Below are positions 24,335-37,070 of a DNA stretch of 64,000 nucleotides, in pieces. A program made the translations under genes and the position numbers. The stretch comes from Marsupella aquatica (lineage: Eukaryota; Plantae; Marchantiophyta), in the NCBI GenBank assembly GCA_973895155.1, contig OZ316893.1, positions 248,001 to 312,000 of the forward strand. The letters are read 5' to 3'. A model generated the notes under the pieces. The model was given only the letters and a program-made list of their open reading frames with translations, was not told where the DNA came from and did not search any database. The first letter of the stretch is position 1. Each line of letters opens with the position of its first letter.

Positions 24335-25993
24335 CTCTCTCTTCTTCCTAACTACCGACAGCTCTGGTAGTAACATAGCTTCCTCCACTGCACGCCGCAC
24401 CAGTGATCGTACTGGTGTTACTTGTTCCTCCTCAAACGGTAGTAGCTCCTCCTCAGACTCACCGTCTGACCGTCATGATCCTGAAGCTCCATCGACGCCA
24501 TTTTTTCCAGTATCCTTCGAGTCACTCATATGAAACAATCACAAAAAAATGTCTTTTTTTTAACTTCTCACAAAACTCAAAACTCAACACTGCCGCGTAG
24601 CCCATGAAGCTAGGAGTCCAATACTGAAAGTCGAAATCAAAATCAAAATTCGACGGAAAAGTTATTCAAATTTTGGTCGGGATGGGTAAAACCTTGGGAA
24701 ACTCCCCCGTTTGACCACCTCATGGAATAACCAAAATACCAAGTACAACCCGTTGTCGGAATCGCGATGTGATTGGTACGTCGCGTTGCTAACTCCAGTG
24801 GCAACGTCCTCGCCGAATAAGAACCAAAAAAATTACCATTTGACGGACAGAATCTTTGTCAGATGGCCAAAAAACAGCTCTCTGTTTTTTGGGAATATTC
24901 CCGCACAGTCTGACAAGTCTCACAGGGGGCCGTTCCCCCTGTCGGAGCGGTTAAAACGGAGGGCGGCAGGTCCCAGCACAAAAGGATAAGCAAGGGGAAA
25001 GAAAAAGGCTTAAAATAGGGCTTTAAAGGGGTGCATCAGCCCCTAAACAAAAATACCCCGTAAGGGGTCGGGAGTACACCCTTGCAAGTACCAGGGTACT
25101 GAAAAAAGGCCGGGCTGAGAATGCACACCGGTGTGCAGGGCAGGGCAAAGGGCGACCGGCAGGTCGCGAGGCAGGGCGGCGAAGGGCCGGCCGAAGGGAG
25201 GAAAGCACGAAAAAATTCCCCCCTATGTGTAAACACGAAAAAAATCCCCCCTATGTGTATACACACAAAAAATTGACTAAAGCAACCCCCAAAAAATAAT
25301 GCCAAATCGTTTGAAAAAAGCTGGATACACACCTAAATCGCCACTGTTTTAAGTGAGGAAAAAGAATGCCACTGACAGAAAAAGTTTACGAATTGCACTG
25401 GCATAGTCTGCAGCTCCAGCAGAGTGAAAAAATTCTGCCACAATGTATTCACTCCGTGTCAAGTGCCAATCCCGGGCTCAAAACGACCGCTTCACCGCGA
25501 TCAAACCGTTGAGCTGTAGCACTTCGCGTTTCTTCCACCAAGTCAGACGTCACGAAGAGAAACCCGATTCAGATGTGAACAAGCTCCATAGCTTGTGAAA
25601 AAACCTGAACGCCTCCGTCACTCGTCACGTCTCACTCGATAACAACTCGGCAGCAATCCAGCTACCGAAATGACCAGCTTGCTTCAACATTCAACTTGAG
25701 CTATAATGTGTGATCTCCCAAACACCACACAGCTCACACCATTGAAAAATGCAAACTCTGGTCTCTCCCCTGAAATACCGTCGAACACGAATAAACCCTG
25801 AACGATGCAAGCTTCAATTCCTCCGCACCATGGATACGATCAGCGAGTTCTAACCACCGTTAGAAAGCCCTCGCACTAACCTATCCGCTCAGCCACACAC
25901 ATTTGAGTTTCATGCAACGAAACTCCAAATGTACCACCGATAATTAACGTTGGAAAAACCTATTATGAAAAAACCTCATCACCTCCCAGGCAT

Positions 25994-26005
25994 GCTCTGA
26001 TACCA
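25994..26005 (-). promoter_or_regulatory. Primer binding site (initiator tRNA-Met)
   Basis: TGGTATCAGAGC on the minus strand, 2 nt after the LTR end. Confidence 0.92.
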
Positions 26006-26007
26006 CT

Positions 26008-26351
26008 TATTGAGCATAGATGACTTTCATAACGGCAAGCCCATGAACCATCTAATGCACAAGAGTCGACACAGAGAGATACGTGGTTCACCTCCACATG
26101 AGACTACGTCCACGGGAACACGCAAGAGCTTTACTGCACTCTAGGCCGACATGCCATACCAAGCATCCACAACGCAAGCTCTCCCTATCTCTCAACTAGC
26201 TCCGTAACAATGAGCCTAAGTTCCACCAGGGTCTGGCATCAGCCCTAGCTATATGCACAATAGCACTATCGCTAACATTAGCTAAGTCCTAACCCGAGTT
26301 AGACTAACTATGGTTAGCTCATGAGTCACAAGACTAGAACAATATCTAACA
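26008..26351 (-). repeat. copia 5' LTR (about 344 bp)
   Basis: Minus strand TGTTAG...CTCAATA (CA end mutated) adjacent to the PBS. Composition shifts to AT-rich beyond 26351. Confidence 0.75.
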
Positions 26352-26472
26352 GAAATGGGAAAATTTAGCAACAATAAGTGTAGACTCATTGTGGGGCCAG
26401 TCATAAAAGATACACAATTATATAGATATTTTTATTACCAATGAAAAATAATTTAAAAATATTATTTTATTT

Positions 26473-27789
26473 CTAGATATGTTCTTTTACAAAGTGGTAT
26501 GCTCCACCAAGCTTTTCATTTATTGCTATCCCAACTACATACACTGGATCATTACTAGGAAATCTATAAGAAGTTCCATGTAAATCTTCACCTCGAATAA
26601 AAAAAATATCACCATCTAGAATTGGAATTTTTATCCCATATTCTAAAATCACTAAATGTCCACCTCTCTCTTCCATACAAGGATTAGAAGCCATGAACAT
26701 GGTGTACATGCTTCTATCATTATCAGTATGGACAGAGTTACAAAAATCTTTTGTGATAAACATAGGATATGCTGGAATAATATCCCTTATTAACTCTGGA
26801 TGATAAAAATATTGAAGTAAACATTCTGCCAACTTGCTAAATGGAAATTGTATATCTAAAAACTCTTGCACAATTGGCCAAAACTTATCACAAAAAAGTA
26901 CCAATATCATTTCAAACAAGATTCGATGAGAACATTGTTCATGTATGAGCTGAAGTTGATCCTTGTCATTACCTCTTATGTCTGATATTCTCATGTTATT
27001 TCTGTAAAAATTGACAAATTCTTCTCCTTTTCCTTCTCTCCAATTTACTAGGGGCCCTATAGCACGCATTGTTGCTTTCAATGCAGATCGTTTTTCTGAT
27101 CGTGTCACTGCCCATTGATGTTTCCATAGACTTTGTATGCAGGATCTTGCAAATTCTCGATTTGCTTCAGGTACCCCACCTTTCCATCTTCCACCAATAA
27201 TTGTATCACCGTCCATCCAGATTTCTACTTTTGAAGATGAGTCCATCATATAAAAATCATGTGGAATCTTCTTCCATGATATAGGTCTCTGAATGGAAGG
27301 GATTACTATACCTTCATCTATCAGATAAGTATCTATAAATGAGTCTAAAAAAGTTTGATCTTTCTTGATAAAAACTTTTTTAAGAATAAGTGGTTCTTCA
27401 TATAAGAGAAAATGATTTTCTTTTTCACTAAAAAACAAAGATGGACTACTACGAATTTTTCTCATTTGATAAGCTAAGTTCCCTTTGATAGAAGATAAAT
27501 TATATCTATAAGTTATCATATGAACAATTCTATTCCATTTTTTCAACTTGAAAAAATGTTTCCAGTTCTCATTTTTTTGAAAGAACCGAAATCCACATAA
27601 AAAAATTTGACGATGCCCTTCTATGACTCCTTGGGTCAAAATTTTCACACCATATTGAAACAAGTCATATTCACCAAGTAACCATTTTAGTAAAATTTCT
27701 AAATAATAATCTCCTCCATTATTTTTTGAAAGTATAACAACTTCCAAAAAATAATATGCTGCAACTTCATCAGGGTTTTTTTTCTGCAT
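26473..27789 (-). CDS. TET/JBP-like 2OG-Fe(II) dioxygenase domain protein (probably a terminal exon)
   Basis: FCNSVHTDND (HxD at 26722-26730), GGHLVILEYGIKIPILDGDIFFIRGEDLHGT (distal His at 26578-26580), upstream ATMRAIG motif. 438 open codons in very AT-rich DNA. Confidence 0.7.
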   Translation of the reverse strand: MQKKNPDEVAAYYFLEVVILSKNNGGDYYLEILLKWLLGEYDLFQYGVKILTQGVIEGHRQIFLCGFRFFQKNENWKHFFKLKKWNRIVHMITYRYNLSSIKGNLAYQMRKIRSSPSLFFSEKENHFLLYEEPLILKKVFIKKDQTFLDSFIDTYLIDEGIVIPSIQRPISWKKIPHDFYMMDSSSKVEIWMDGDTIIGGRWKGGVPEANREFARSCIQSLWKHQWAVTRSEKRSALKATMRAIGPLVNWREGKGEEFVNFYRNNMRISDIRGNDKDQLQLIHEQCSHRILFEMILVLFCDKFWPIVQEFLDIQFPFSKLAECLLQYFYHPELIRDIIPAYPMFITKDFCNSVHTDNDRSMYTMFMASNPCMEERGGHLVILEYGIKIPILDGDIFFIRGEDLHGTSYRFPSNDPVYVVGIAINEKLGGAYHFVKEHI

Positions 27790-30700
27790 ACATTACAAAA
27801 TAAAGTGGGTAAATTCATATGTAAAGGTTAATTACATTTCAATTCCCTAAAAATGACATTCAAATCTAAATAAAATATTTATACTTGATAAACTTCTCTA
27901 ATATTAACACAATTAGTGTATCAAGATTAGAAGTAACTATTATCTTCAAAAGAAATATAAATAATTTCACAGCTTCTTTATATTAATTAAATCATTGTTT
28001 AAAAATGTTCACTTATATCCTACCATGAAGTGATATATACCTGGCTTAGGTCCACTTCCTTTTCTAGTTTAAAATCAAGAACCAAACAAAAAATATAAAC
28101 AATATAATTTAAAACTAACAGTTCATAAAGAGGTATCCCCTTATTATTTTCTGGTTCATATGAACAGTTAGATCACAATAGAGTTCAAAACTACAGTTAC
28201 AAAAACTCATACCTACTATTAAAGGGAGATTACAAAATAATGCACCTAGTAAATTACCCAAAAACAATATCATATTAATTTATTTTCATCTTACATTCCA
28301 ATGCTCCCCTATTATTTATTAAAATTAGTACTAAGTGTTTAGATTGATGATAAGATTTGTATGGTGATAAACAATTGGTGGAAGACAACCAGTCAGAAAA
28401 TTAGATTGATCCATAGCTTCATGGATATGAAAGGAGTCAATTGTAGGAGAATTTAGAGTCCAGTGAATGAGTTTGGGGATTTTAGACTTGTAATTGGAGG
28501 TAGTCTATATAATAATTTGTCAAGAAATAATTGTTACACCTGCACAAGACTGGTAAGGCCAGGAACTCTGACCTTTTTTGAATTTTCCCTAATCCAGGTG
28601 GAAGCTAGAGATTATATGCGACAGAAGGGACAAGGGGAGGTAAAGGTCTAAAATACATTTTACTCATTCTGATTACAATTCAGAGATAAAGAAAGACCTT
28701 CCAAACTTACCAGCCTAGCTGCAATTTTATATCTAAAGGATTATCTAGAATACAACTCCAACATTTGGTTTATTAATAGGTACATTGAGTTACCAGCCTG
28801 ATGGCTATTCCTTAAGACCTGCCTGCATACAAAGTGGGATGCACAAGGCAAGGATGAATGACATTGGACATGGACCAGGCCAGATATGTATTGCCAAGTG
28901 GTGTTCCATGCTTGGACACTTAATCCATACAAGAGCAGTACATAAGGCCAGTCTTTGACTAAAGACTCCATTGCTCAGCAAATCAAACAGGCCTTCTGGG
29001 GCAAGAAGCTAGACATGTCCAAAGGGGGCAACAGAGACATGTTTGAGTCTTTTCATCAGCAGTTTGGCAAGCAAGAGAATGGCCTCCTGGCCAGTGGGCT
29101 ATGGTTTTCTAAAGGCTAATCAAGTAAGTTCAAAATAAACCAAATCAGACCAAGTTTCTGGCAAATGCCATCAACAAATAACTTAGAGAAAACTGCAACT
29201 AATAGTTCCCTAAAATTGCTTTCTAATTACAATTTATTTTCCAATTACAGTCCGGGTCTGAGATCACAAGTTCAAGTTTCGAATTCGTATTCATATCACT
29301 GGTCAATAATGGGGATACCCCTCAAGGGAAATATCGCCCCCCCAACCAGATCCACTTTCCTTGAAACTCTACTGATGAGATCAATCAAACCAGACCTGTG
29401 ATTAGAAATAAATGTGTTACCTACTCTTCAATTTAATTCAATTTCTAAGATAGAAGAAGGTCAAATGTACGAACCTCTTCTTGTCGGGATGATTCAATTC
29501 TCTTCCGCCTCCTGTAGACTCTCAAATACTCCATACTTCAACCTAACACAAGAATTATAGATTACATTTTGAAAACCTCACAAAATACAAGAGCTATAAA
29601 TAAAGTTTAACAAATAAAAACATTTGAAAGAATTATTTATAGTTCACAATCTCTAATCATCTAATACAAGTCCATAAAGAAAAGAATGCCAACAGGCAAG
29701 GTAAAGCAGAAATGGCCATTTCCCCTGAGAGTTCATAAGCTTCTCACTGTCAGCAACTCTTATTCTTATGTAGCCACTTGGCTAGGAAGTGTCGTGTGCT
29801 CTCTAATAAGTCCTTCTCTAAGAAATTTTTCTGAGTGATCCAGGCCCCCACCTACACTATTTCTTAGAATTTGTGCAATTGTATCGACATGGTAGCTCCA
29901 GCGACACAAGGAACTCGCTTTCAACATCGCCAGCATTGAAGATCTCCCAGTGTCGTGGCCATGTGAGTCTTTGGTGTCGTGGCATGTAGCCACGAAGGGC
30001 CAACCTATAAGTTCACTCTCGCTGTCAATTTTCGGTCCTGTATGTGATCGCAATTGATCCGTGGCTTAAAGATCTGCCGTTACTTGGATACGGGAAAATT
30101 AGACATAGAGTTATGAGTCCAGACTGATTTATGGTCTGGTCTCAGGCCCTGGTTTTTTAATAATTATAACCACTACGTATCTCCAATACTAGAAGGCTCA
30201 GCCAAATCTTGTTGTAGGAATGGCCCGCCCCTACACTGTAGACAACCAGCCGGCCAACTGGCTCGAAGGTCCCGAGGAGGGGAACACCTTTGATAGTAGT
30301 GGTTAGCCAGGATTTTAAGTGAGAAAGGATTCCGATTAGAACACACCACTGGAGCAAATCGAATCTGGTGAGGAAGGGTCAACACCACTGCGTTGGCTCG
30401 AAGCCCATGGAAAGGATTTGGGACCAATGAGTTATGCAGTAGTACGTTATTTACGAATTCGATTTGAAGTAATTCCTAGCCTGCTGCTGTGATGAGGGCT
30501 AGATAAACTAGAATCAAGGTCCTCGCTATTTTCCAGCATCCACCAAGTAAGGCCATCTCAAGGCTCATTATGACAACTCCCGTACTTTGCTGCCTGCGTC
30601 GCACTTCCACTGCCCTCCAATTTTGTTCCAACTGTGATGAGCTGTGAATTAACCCAACTTTTTGGTGGGATGTGTATTTAAAGGGTTGTCGTCCATAGTG

Positions 30701-31584
30701 TTCGAGTCCACTACTGGCCTGCCCCCGTTCCAATGGTCTACGATTGCAGAAGCATATACAGTAGCAATAGTCAGCATCGCGATGCAACCAGTATCTAACT
30801 CACTATAGAACCAGTATTAGTTAACCTTGACATTGCGTTTCGTTCCTATTTTTCCAGCTGATCGACACTAGGTTGCTTGCTTCTCAAAATATGTGCGTGA
30901 AAGATTATAGCGACGGTTGTCAGTCATCGTCTTCTTTATTGAAAGTGAGTGCGTCAGCATCGTGCGCTTCCAAAGCGACTGTATCAGCATCACATATGTT
31001 CTCCCAACTCGCACTCGCAGTGTACCATCACTATGTGCACCGCCTCTGCTTAATTAATGAATTGCCAAGTACGCTATAGTCTGTACGCGGTAAAGCAAAG
31101 GTAAAAAGAGCTATCTCCCCTCCAGGCGTGGAGTGTTTATCGAATAATATCGATACAGTTCCACTTATTGCTGTACCGCAGGTTGGCCATACGTGCAAAT
31201 GTCGGGTGAACATCTCGCCATCTTCGATCTCCTTTCCGTACTTATCTTCCCCGCAGATCCGGATTCTCGTTTCCATCGACTCAAAGCTGTGCCTCTTGGA
31301 AGCAGCATGGAGTGATTGGACTATTGGAGTCACTGGAATCATTGACTTGAGTCAGAAGACAGATGAATGTGCTTTCGTCGATACCTTTTCGAGTGCTATC
31401 AATCGGTGGAAAGAGTCCGAAGCCCAGTCAGCTTCTGAAGACCTGTATATATCTTCTCTGCACAGCGCGTGCAATGAGGCCGGTCTTCAGGCCTGAGGCC
31501 GGTCTTCAGGCCATTTCAGGGTATTTAGGGAGCGCGGTGCATGGTCTCCTACATGCAGTGCACGGTCTCAACGTTTCATTATTT

Positions 31585-32580
31585 GGACTCCCACAACATT
31601 ATTATTAAAACCTTTAAACTCCGCTAGTATTGATTAGGGTGACTTACGGGTGGTTGCCGTAGGCTCCCATAACATTATTTTTTAAGTGTTCATACACCAC
31701 TAGCATTCATTGTGACTCACCTTGTAGTCCCGCACTCCCATAACATTTCCAATAAAAGTCTTTTGCAGCTATAACATTCATGTTGAAACCATTGGACTCC
31801 GTTAGCATCAAAAGTGTCACCATTCAATTTGGGTTCGTGAGAAATACAAAGGAAACAAAGCTTGGTCAATGCTTCTAGAATTCCTGTACCAACCTTCAAT
31901 CTGGTTCCTTAATGTGCTCGTCACCTTCAAATTCCCTTCTGCATTATTGTTGGGTCGGTATTTTGGTCAGGAAGCATTGGCCTTCGAGAATTCCTATCGC
32001 TGGCCTTCAATCTGGTCCTTGACTGTGCTCGCCACCTCCAAATTCCCTTCAATCTGCATCTTGAATCTTGCATCGCTTGGATGGCGTACTGACATCGTCA
32101 ATAATTGCAGCAAGTGATGGATTAGAGTCGTTGTCGGCTGCAGTCTTCAAGCGAAGGCGTTTCCGAATGGTTGTGTTTTTTATGCTTACTGGTGGCAGTG
32201 GCGTGGCGTGGTTTCAGGCCGAGTGTGCAGTGATGGAGCTTCTCTTCTGTACAACATCCATGGTTGTAGTATTCATGCCTTGCTACTCACCTCCATCTGT
32301 GTTGCAACTCCATTCAGACACTCCTAGGACCCAAATCGCCTTCACTGTCCAACCCACCATACAAGACTCTTATGTAAAGGCTGTGTCTCACATGCGATAC
32401 ATGGTATGTCTCCAAGTTTCAGCATATGGACTCCCACAACATTTCCGGTTAAAGTGGAGGCTCCCATAACATTTCCGGTTAAACCGTAGACTCCCATAGC
32501 TTTCATGTTGAAACCTTTAAACTCCGTTAGCATCAAATGTCTCACCATTCAATTTTGGACGTGGGAAATGAGATACAAAA
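31585..32580. repeat. Dispersed and duplicated modules (ctccca(c/t)aacatt; aaacctttaaactccgttagcatcaaa..caccattcaattt)
   Basis: Motifs recur near 31588, 31664, 31735, 32430 and 32461. The block at about 31775-31850 is repeated at about 32500-32580. Confidence 0.7.
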
Positions 32581-32595
32581 TTTTGGACGTGGGAA

Positions 32596-33255
32596 ATGCC
32601 CATGTGCTCAGATGGGTATGTATGTTTCAAATTACAGTATTTTGAAGGTTGGGGGTTAGGAGGGATGGGGTATTCCAAAACGCACAGCCACCATGTGTTG
32701 GGGTAATGCAAGTGCCAATGTGCTCCGAAGGGTATGTATGTATCAAATTACAATATTTTGAAGGTTGGGGGGTACGAGGGATGGGGTATTCTAAAATGCA
32801 CAGCCACCATGGGCTGGGGTAATGCAAATTAATGCCCATGTGCTCTGAAGGGTATTAATAGGATAATGCCCTGAGGGCATTGTGGGATATAATGCCCGTA
32901 ACTAGGACATTTAATGTACGTAAAAACTTGAGTGACTTTTTGGTAACAAACAAGAAAAAGTGAATCCCTGAAATAGAAAATTCAAATTAAAGGGTCATCC
33001 AAGAAGTGGTTGCTATGGAATTGGCCAAAAATATACCTTCTTTAGTTATATTAGATTCTATTCATAGATATTGTGTTAGTATCAGGTAGGTGTTTTGTAT
33101 AATCCCCTCCTCAAAAAAAGGGGTGCATTATGGAGAATTAATGCACTCAAATATACAAAGAGAAAAGCCATGAAAGTCTTTACGTATCAAAATTACAGTA
33201 TTGAAGGTGAAGGGGGGTACGTGGGATGGGGGTATTCTATAACGCACAGCCACAG
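32596..33255. repeat. About 117-bp tandem repeat, 2 full copies plus partials
   Basis: gtgctc..gggtatgtatgt..caaattaca..ttttgaaggttggggg..gggatggggtatt..gcacagccacc at about 32604 and 32721, with partials at 32840 and 33185. Confidence 0.85.
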
Positions 33256-33964
33256 TTGAAGCCACTTTGATAAGTGATTACTCAGTTGAACAGTAGGAGA
33301 GCAATGCTACTCTAAGTGGAATGTCTTATTTTGTTTACGAGTGGAATGTCTTGTTTTGTGGACTACCGTAAACAGACATGTTCATTAATGAAGAAATGCG
33401 GTGCTGGTCAGACTGTCCTCACTGTTGTTTTTATAAAGTGGGATGAGAAGCTATTGACAAACCACATCATCACTGACCACACACACTCTTACTGTATAAT
33501 AATCAGAAGTACTCACTGTACTGTCCAGTAGTCTGCCTTTTTGGATTAGTTGTGATGATTTCTGTTCAGTCTGCTACTGTAAGGAGGTTGAATGGGCAAC
33601 CTTCCAGTATGGGTGAAGGTTTTTTTGGGAACAAACAGGCACAACAGGGTAGTATGGTTGAATTGCCTAATCTATCTTGTTGTGGGCATTGTATTGCACC
33701 TCGCGCTAACCCTTGGTACACTCTTAATCTTAAAAGGTGTTCATCTGTAAAGGCCAAGTATTCTGATAAACCCACACAACACTATTGAAAGAAAAGGAAC
33801 AAGGTTTAGGGTTTAGAGTATTCTGAGAAAACCACACACTGTTGACACTGTTTACATGATAAATGGCCATTGTCAGTAAGAGATACAAAAGTTGAGGTCA
33901 TGTAATGCGGTATTATGGTTCATATTATTTAGGAAATTGGGCCATATACGTGGATATCATGCAC

Positions 33965-34350
33965 AAGCTAGGGTAATCTAATAATCGAGTAATGTACAAC
34001 TAAGGTTAATGTTAGGAATACATCCGAACCTCGGGGTAATCCAATCACGAAGCAATGTACTAGACAAGTTAATCTTAGGATATTGTGCCATACACACGGA
34101 TGCGAAAGTTGGGGTAATCTTATCCATCGATAAATATACATTAATTAATGTTCAGGATTTGTGCCATACACATGAATACAAAAGCCGGGGTAATCCTACA
34201 CAAGGATACGAAACGCAAAGCCGGGGTAATCTTATAATCAATAAAGTACTAGTAAGGTTAATGTTTGGAAATTGGCCACACCCATGGATACAAAGCTGGG
34301 GTAATCCTACACATAGATACGAAGCGAATGCCGGGGTAATCTAATAATCA
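33965..34350. repeat. Degenerate array with core GGGTAATC
   Basis: About 7 occurrences of gggtaatc at 35-75 bp spacing with related flanks. Confidence 0.75.
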
Positions 34351-35544
34351 TAATTAAAGTACAAATGAATGTATTAAGGAATGTACTAAGCTGGGCTGTA
34401 AAAATGTGGGGTTTTACATACATGGACACAAGACTATAAACGTGACGAAATGATGTAATCATGCAGGTCAGGTAAAGTAGGAAGACTGTTTGTTACACCA
34501 ACAGTCTTCGGCCACAAATGAGTTTTCGGCCACAAATGAGGTGTTGTACAACACATTTGTTATGTCGTACAGCCATCCATTTGAATAGTGTTTTTTTATC
34601 TAGATGTAAGTGTCCAGTGTGAGGGAAAATTGGCAGGTCATGTGGGACTGGGGAAAAATAAATTTTGATTTGTGTGAAGTGCGCCTCACACGTTGCTTCT
34701 AGGTTCTGAAAATCCAGGGTTGATGGTAAAAATGAAAATGTATAATCTGAGTATGAAATAGATACGGAGGTGTCGAGGAGTAAAACTAGACCAGACCAGA
34801 ATGGGGCAGGGGGAGTTTAGGGTCCATTTATATTGAATGTAATGAGAGAATTGTTTACTAGAATAAATGGTACCCCATATTTAAATAACGTGTCTATTGA
34901 TCGATACCCAGGAAAGAAAATACCGTCCTATCTTCTTTGCACTTCAACCGATGCACAATGCTTGCCTTTCTAGAGAACAAGGTAGCCAAAACAAATTCAC
35001 CGAAGAGAATAGATAGTTCAAAACTCCTGACTCTAATTTACAAATACTACAAAAAAACATTTGACTCTTACCTGAAGTTTTCCTATCGTCTAAAATCTTA
35101 AAGTTTCCCTTTCCTGAAGCTCAAATTGTTTTTCCTTCCCTGCCCTTCCTCAAGTTTTTTTCCCTAGCGCCTGAAGCTGGAGTTTTTTTTCCTTCCCCCC
35201 TGACGGTGAAGTTTTTTTTTCTTCCTGGAAAAAGCTGAATTTTTTTTTGCTTGCTTTGGTTTTTGCTGTTTTTCTTCTCCCCCACTTTCACATTATGTAG
35301 GTTTGTACATCATGTGCGAAAAAAACTAGGATACAATGTATGGATTTGATGAAAAAAATCACCTCTGGTTTAGGGAACCAATATAGAGAGGTAAATTCAG
35401 GCATGTACTTTGGCCGGTATTTGTCCCTGCAATACCCAAAATGCTGGTCCGGTGAGGTTTAGGGTCTTTTCAGTACGTTTGGAGTCCTTCTACCGGCGCA
35501 GGGCGCCTTCATGGGGTCCCTGCCCGCTTCGTTGCTTGCTATGA

Positions 35545-36120
35545 CTAATAAAAGTACCCTCATTAATAAGAGTACCCTCATGGACAAGGCCCAACACAAG
35601 GATACCCTTAGGAGATAAGAGTACCCTCACTGATAAGGGTACCCTCATTATCAAAGTACCATTGTTGATAAGTGTACCCATTGATAAGACTACCCTCATT
35701 GATACTTAAGAGTACCCTCATACGCAAGGGTACCCTCAGAAGATAAGAGTACCCTCATTGATAAGGGTACCCTCATACGCAAGGGTACCCTCAGAAGATA
35801 AGAGTACCCTCATTGATAAGGGTACCCTCACTGATCAAAGTACCATTGTTGATAAGCGTACCCATTGATAAGAGTACCCTCGCTGATAAGAGTCCCTCGC
35901 TGATAAGAGTACCCTCGTTGATAAGAGTACCCTCAAGCACAAGGGTACCCTCAGGAGATAAGAGTACCCTCATTGATAAGGGTACCCTCATTGATAAGGG
36001 TACCCTCATTGATCTAATAAGTACCATCGTTGATAAATGTACCACTTTGATAAGAGTACCCTCACTGATAAGAGTACCCTCATGCACAAGGGTACCCTCA
36101 GGAGATAAAAGTACCCTCAT
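35545..36120. repeat. 18/19-bp minisatellite (GATAAG(A/G)GTACCCTCATT), about 30 units
   Basis: Directly visible head-to-tail repeats with recurring variants (caagggtaccctcaggagataag; atcaaagtaccattgttgataag). Confidence 0.95.
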
Positions 36121-36344
36121 TCACATGGGGAGCAATGAAAATAGGGATAATTGTAACCACGTCCAAAAGGTGAGATCTGTGATCATAGCCATTCAAAAAT
36201 ACTGTCCTTCAAAACCTTGAGGACTTTAGTTTAAGAACTTTTCTATATACATTTTCGTGCAGCCCAACGATTGCAATGCCCGGTCTTTGCGGTCTTTTTC
36301 GTGGTCTTTTTGCCACGAGTGCCCGAAAAAGACCGTCCCGCCAT

Positions 36345-37070
36345 GAAAATACAAAGGAACCAACATTACAAAGCAAGTCGATCCCCGCGCCATTCTTTAA
36401 AACTCATTGCTTAATTCGGGAGCCCGGATAGCACTGCGGCCTTCTTTCCATACTCCCCTCGCATCAACTCTGCCCACCCTCCCTCCCCGTCATTTAGGGT
36501 TTATTTTAGGGTTCCCTTACCCTTGTGCTGTTCCTCGTGGCTCCCTCCCACGGCCCCCTAAAATACAAAGGAACCAACATTACAAAGCAAGTCGATCCCC
36601 GCACCATTCTTCAAAACTCACTGCTTCGGGAGCCCGGATAGCACTAAGGCCTTCTTCCCATACTCCCCTCGCATCAACTCTGCCCACCCTCCCTCCCCGT
36701 CATTTAGGGTATATTTTAGGGTTCCCTTACCCTTGCGTTGTTCCTCGTGGCTCCCTCCCACGGCCCCCTATACACCAAGGGATCAACTACAATCCTGTCG
36801 ACATCCTCCAAATGCCAACTCACGTTTACGGTTCGGGGTTTACCGTTTACGGTTCAGGGTTTACCGTTTCCGGTTCAGGGTTTACCGTAGTTTTGTGTTC
36901 TTCTTGCCACGAACACCCGAAAAAGACAGTCGTGCCATGAAAATACAAAGTAAATCAATCCCTGCACCATTCTTCAAACGTCACTGCTTCGGGAGCCCGG
37001 ATAGCACTAAGGCCTTCTTCCCGTACTCCCCTCGCACCAACTCTGCCTACCCTGCCATCTATCGCGTAGA
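36345..37070. repeat. About 217-bp tandem duplication plus a third partial copy within the Helitron 5' region
   Basis: aaatacaaag..ttcgggagcccggatagcact..tactcccctcgca at about 36345, 36560 and 36940. Confidence 0.9.
36824..36886. repeat. 3 x 21-bp repeat built of degenerate telomeric heptamers
   Basis: gtttacg gttcggg gtttacc / gtttacg gttcagg gtttacc / gtttccg gttcagg gtttacc. Confidence 0.8.

Larger units (their letters stand above)
22911..26351 (-). mobile_element. Ty1/copia LTR retrotransposon, 5' half
   Basis: 5' LTR, Met PBS, long leader, then gag-protease-integrase N-terminus order. Truncated at 22911. Confidence 0.92.

Noticed and set aside
29766-31500. Higher-GC segment with short ORFs (31031-31342, 31128-31496)
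   Set aside because: Could be a decayed gene or an insertion, but I found no motif or boundary to support a call.
35545-36120. CRISPR-like array, and ORFs 35791-36120 and 35813-36220
   Set aside because: Units are contiguous with no unique spacers and no cas genes; the ORFs simply translate the repeat.
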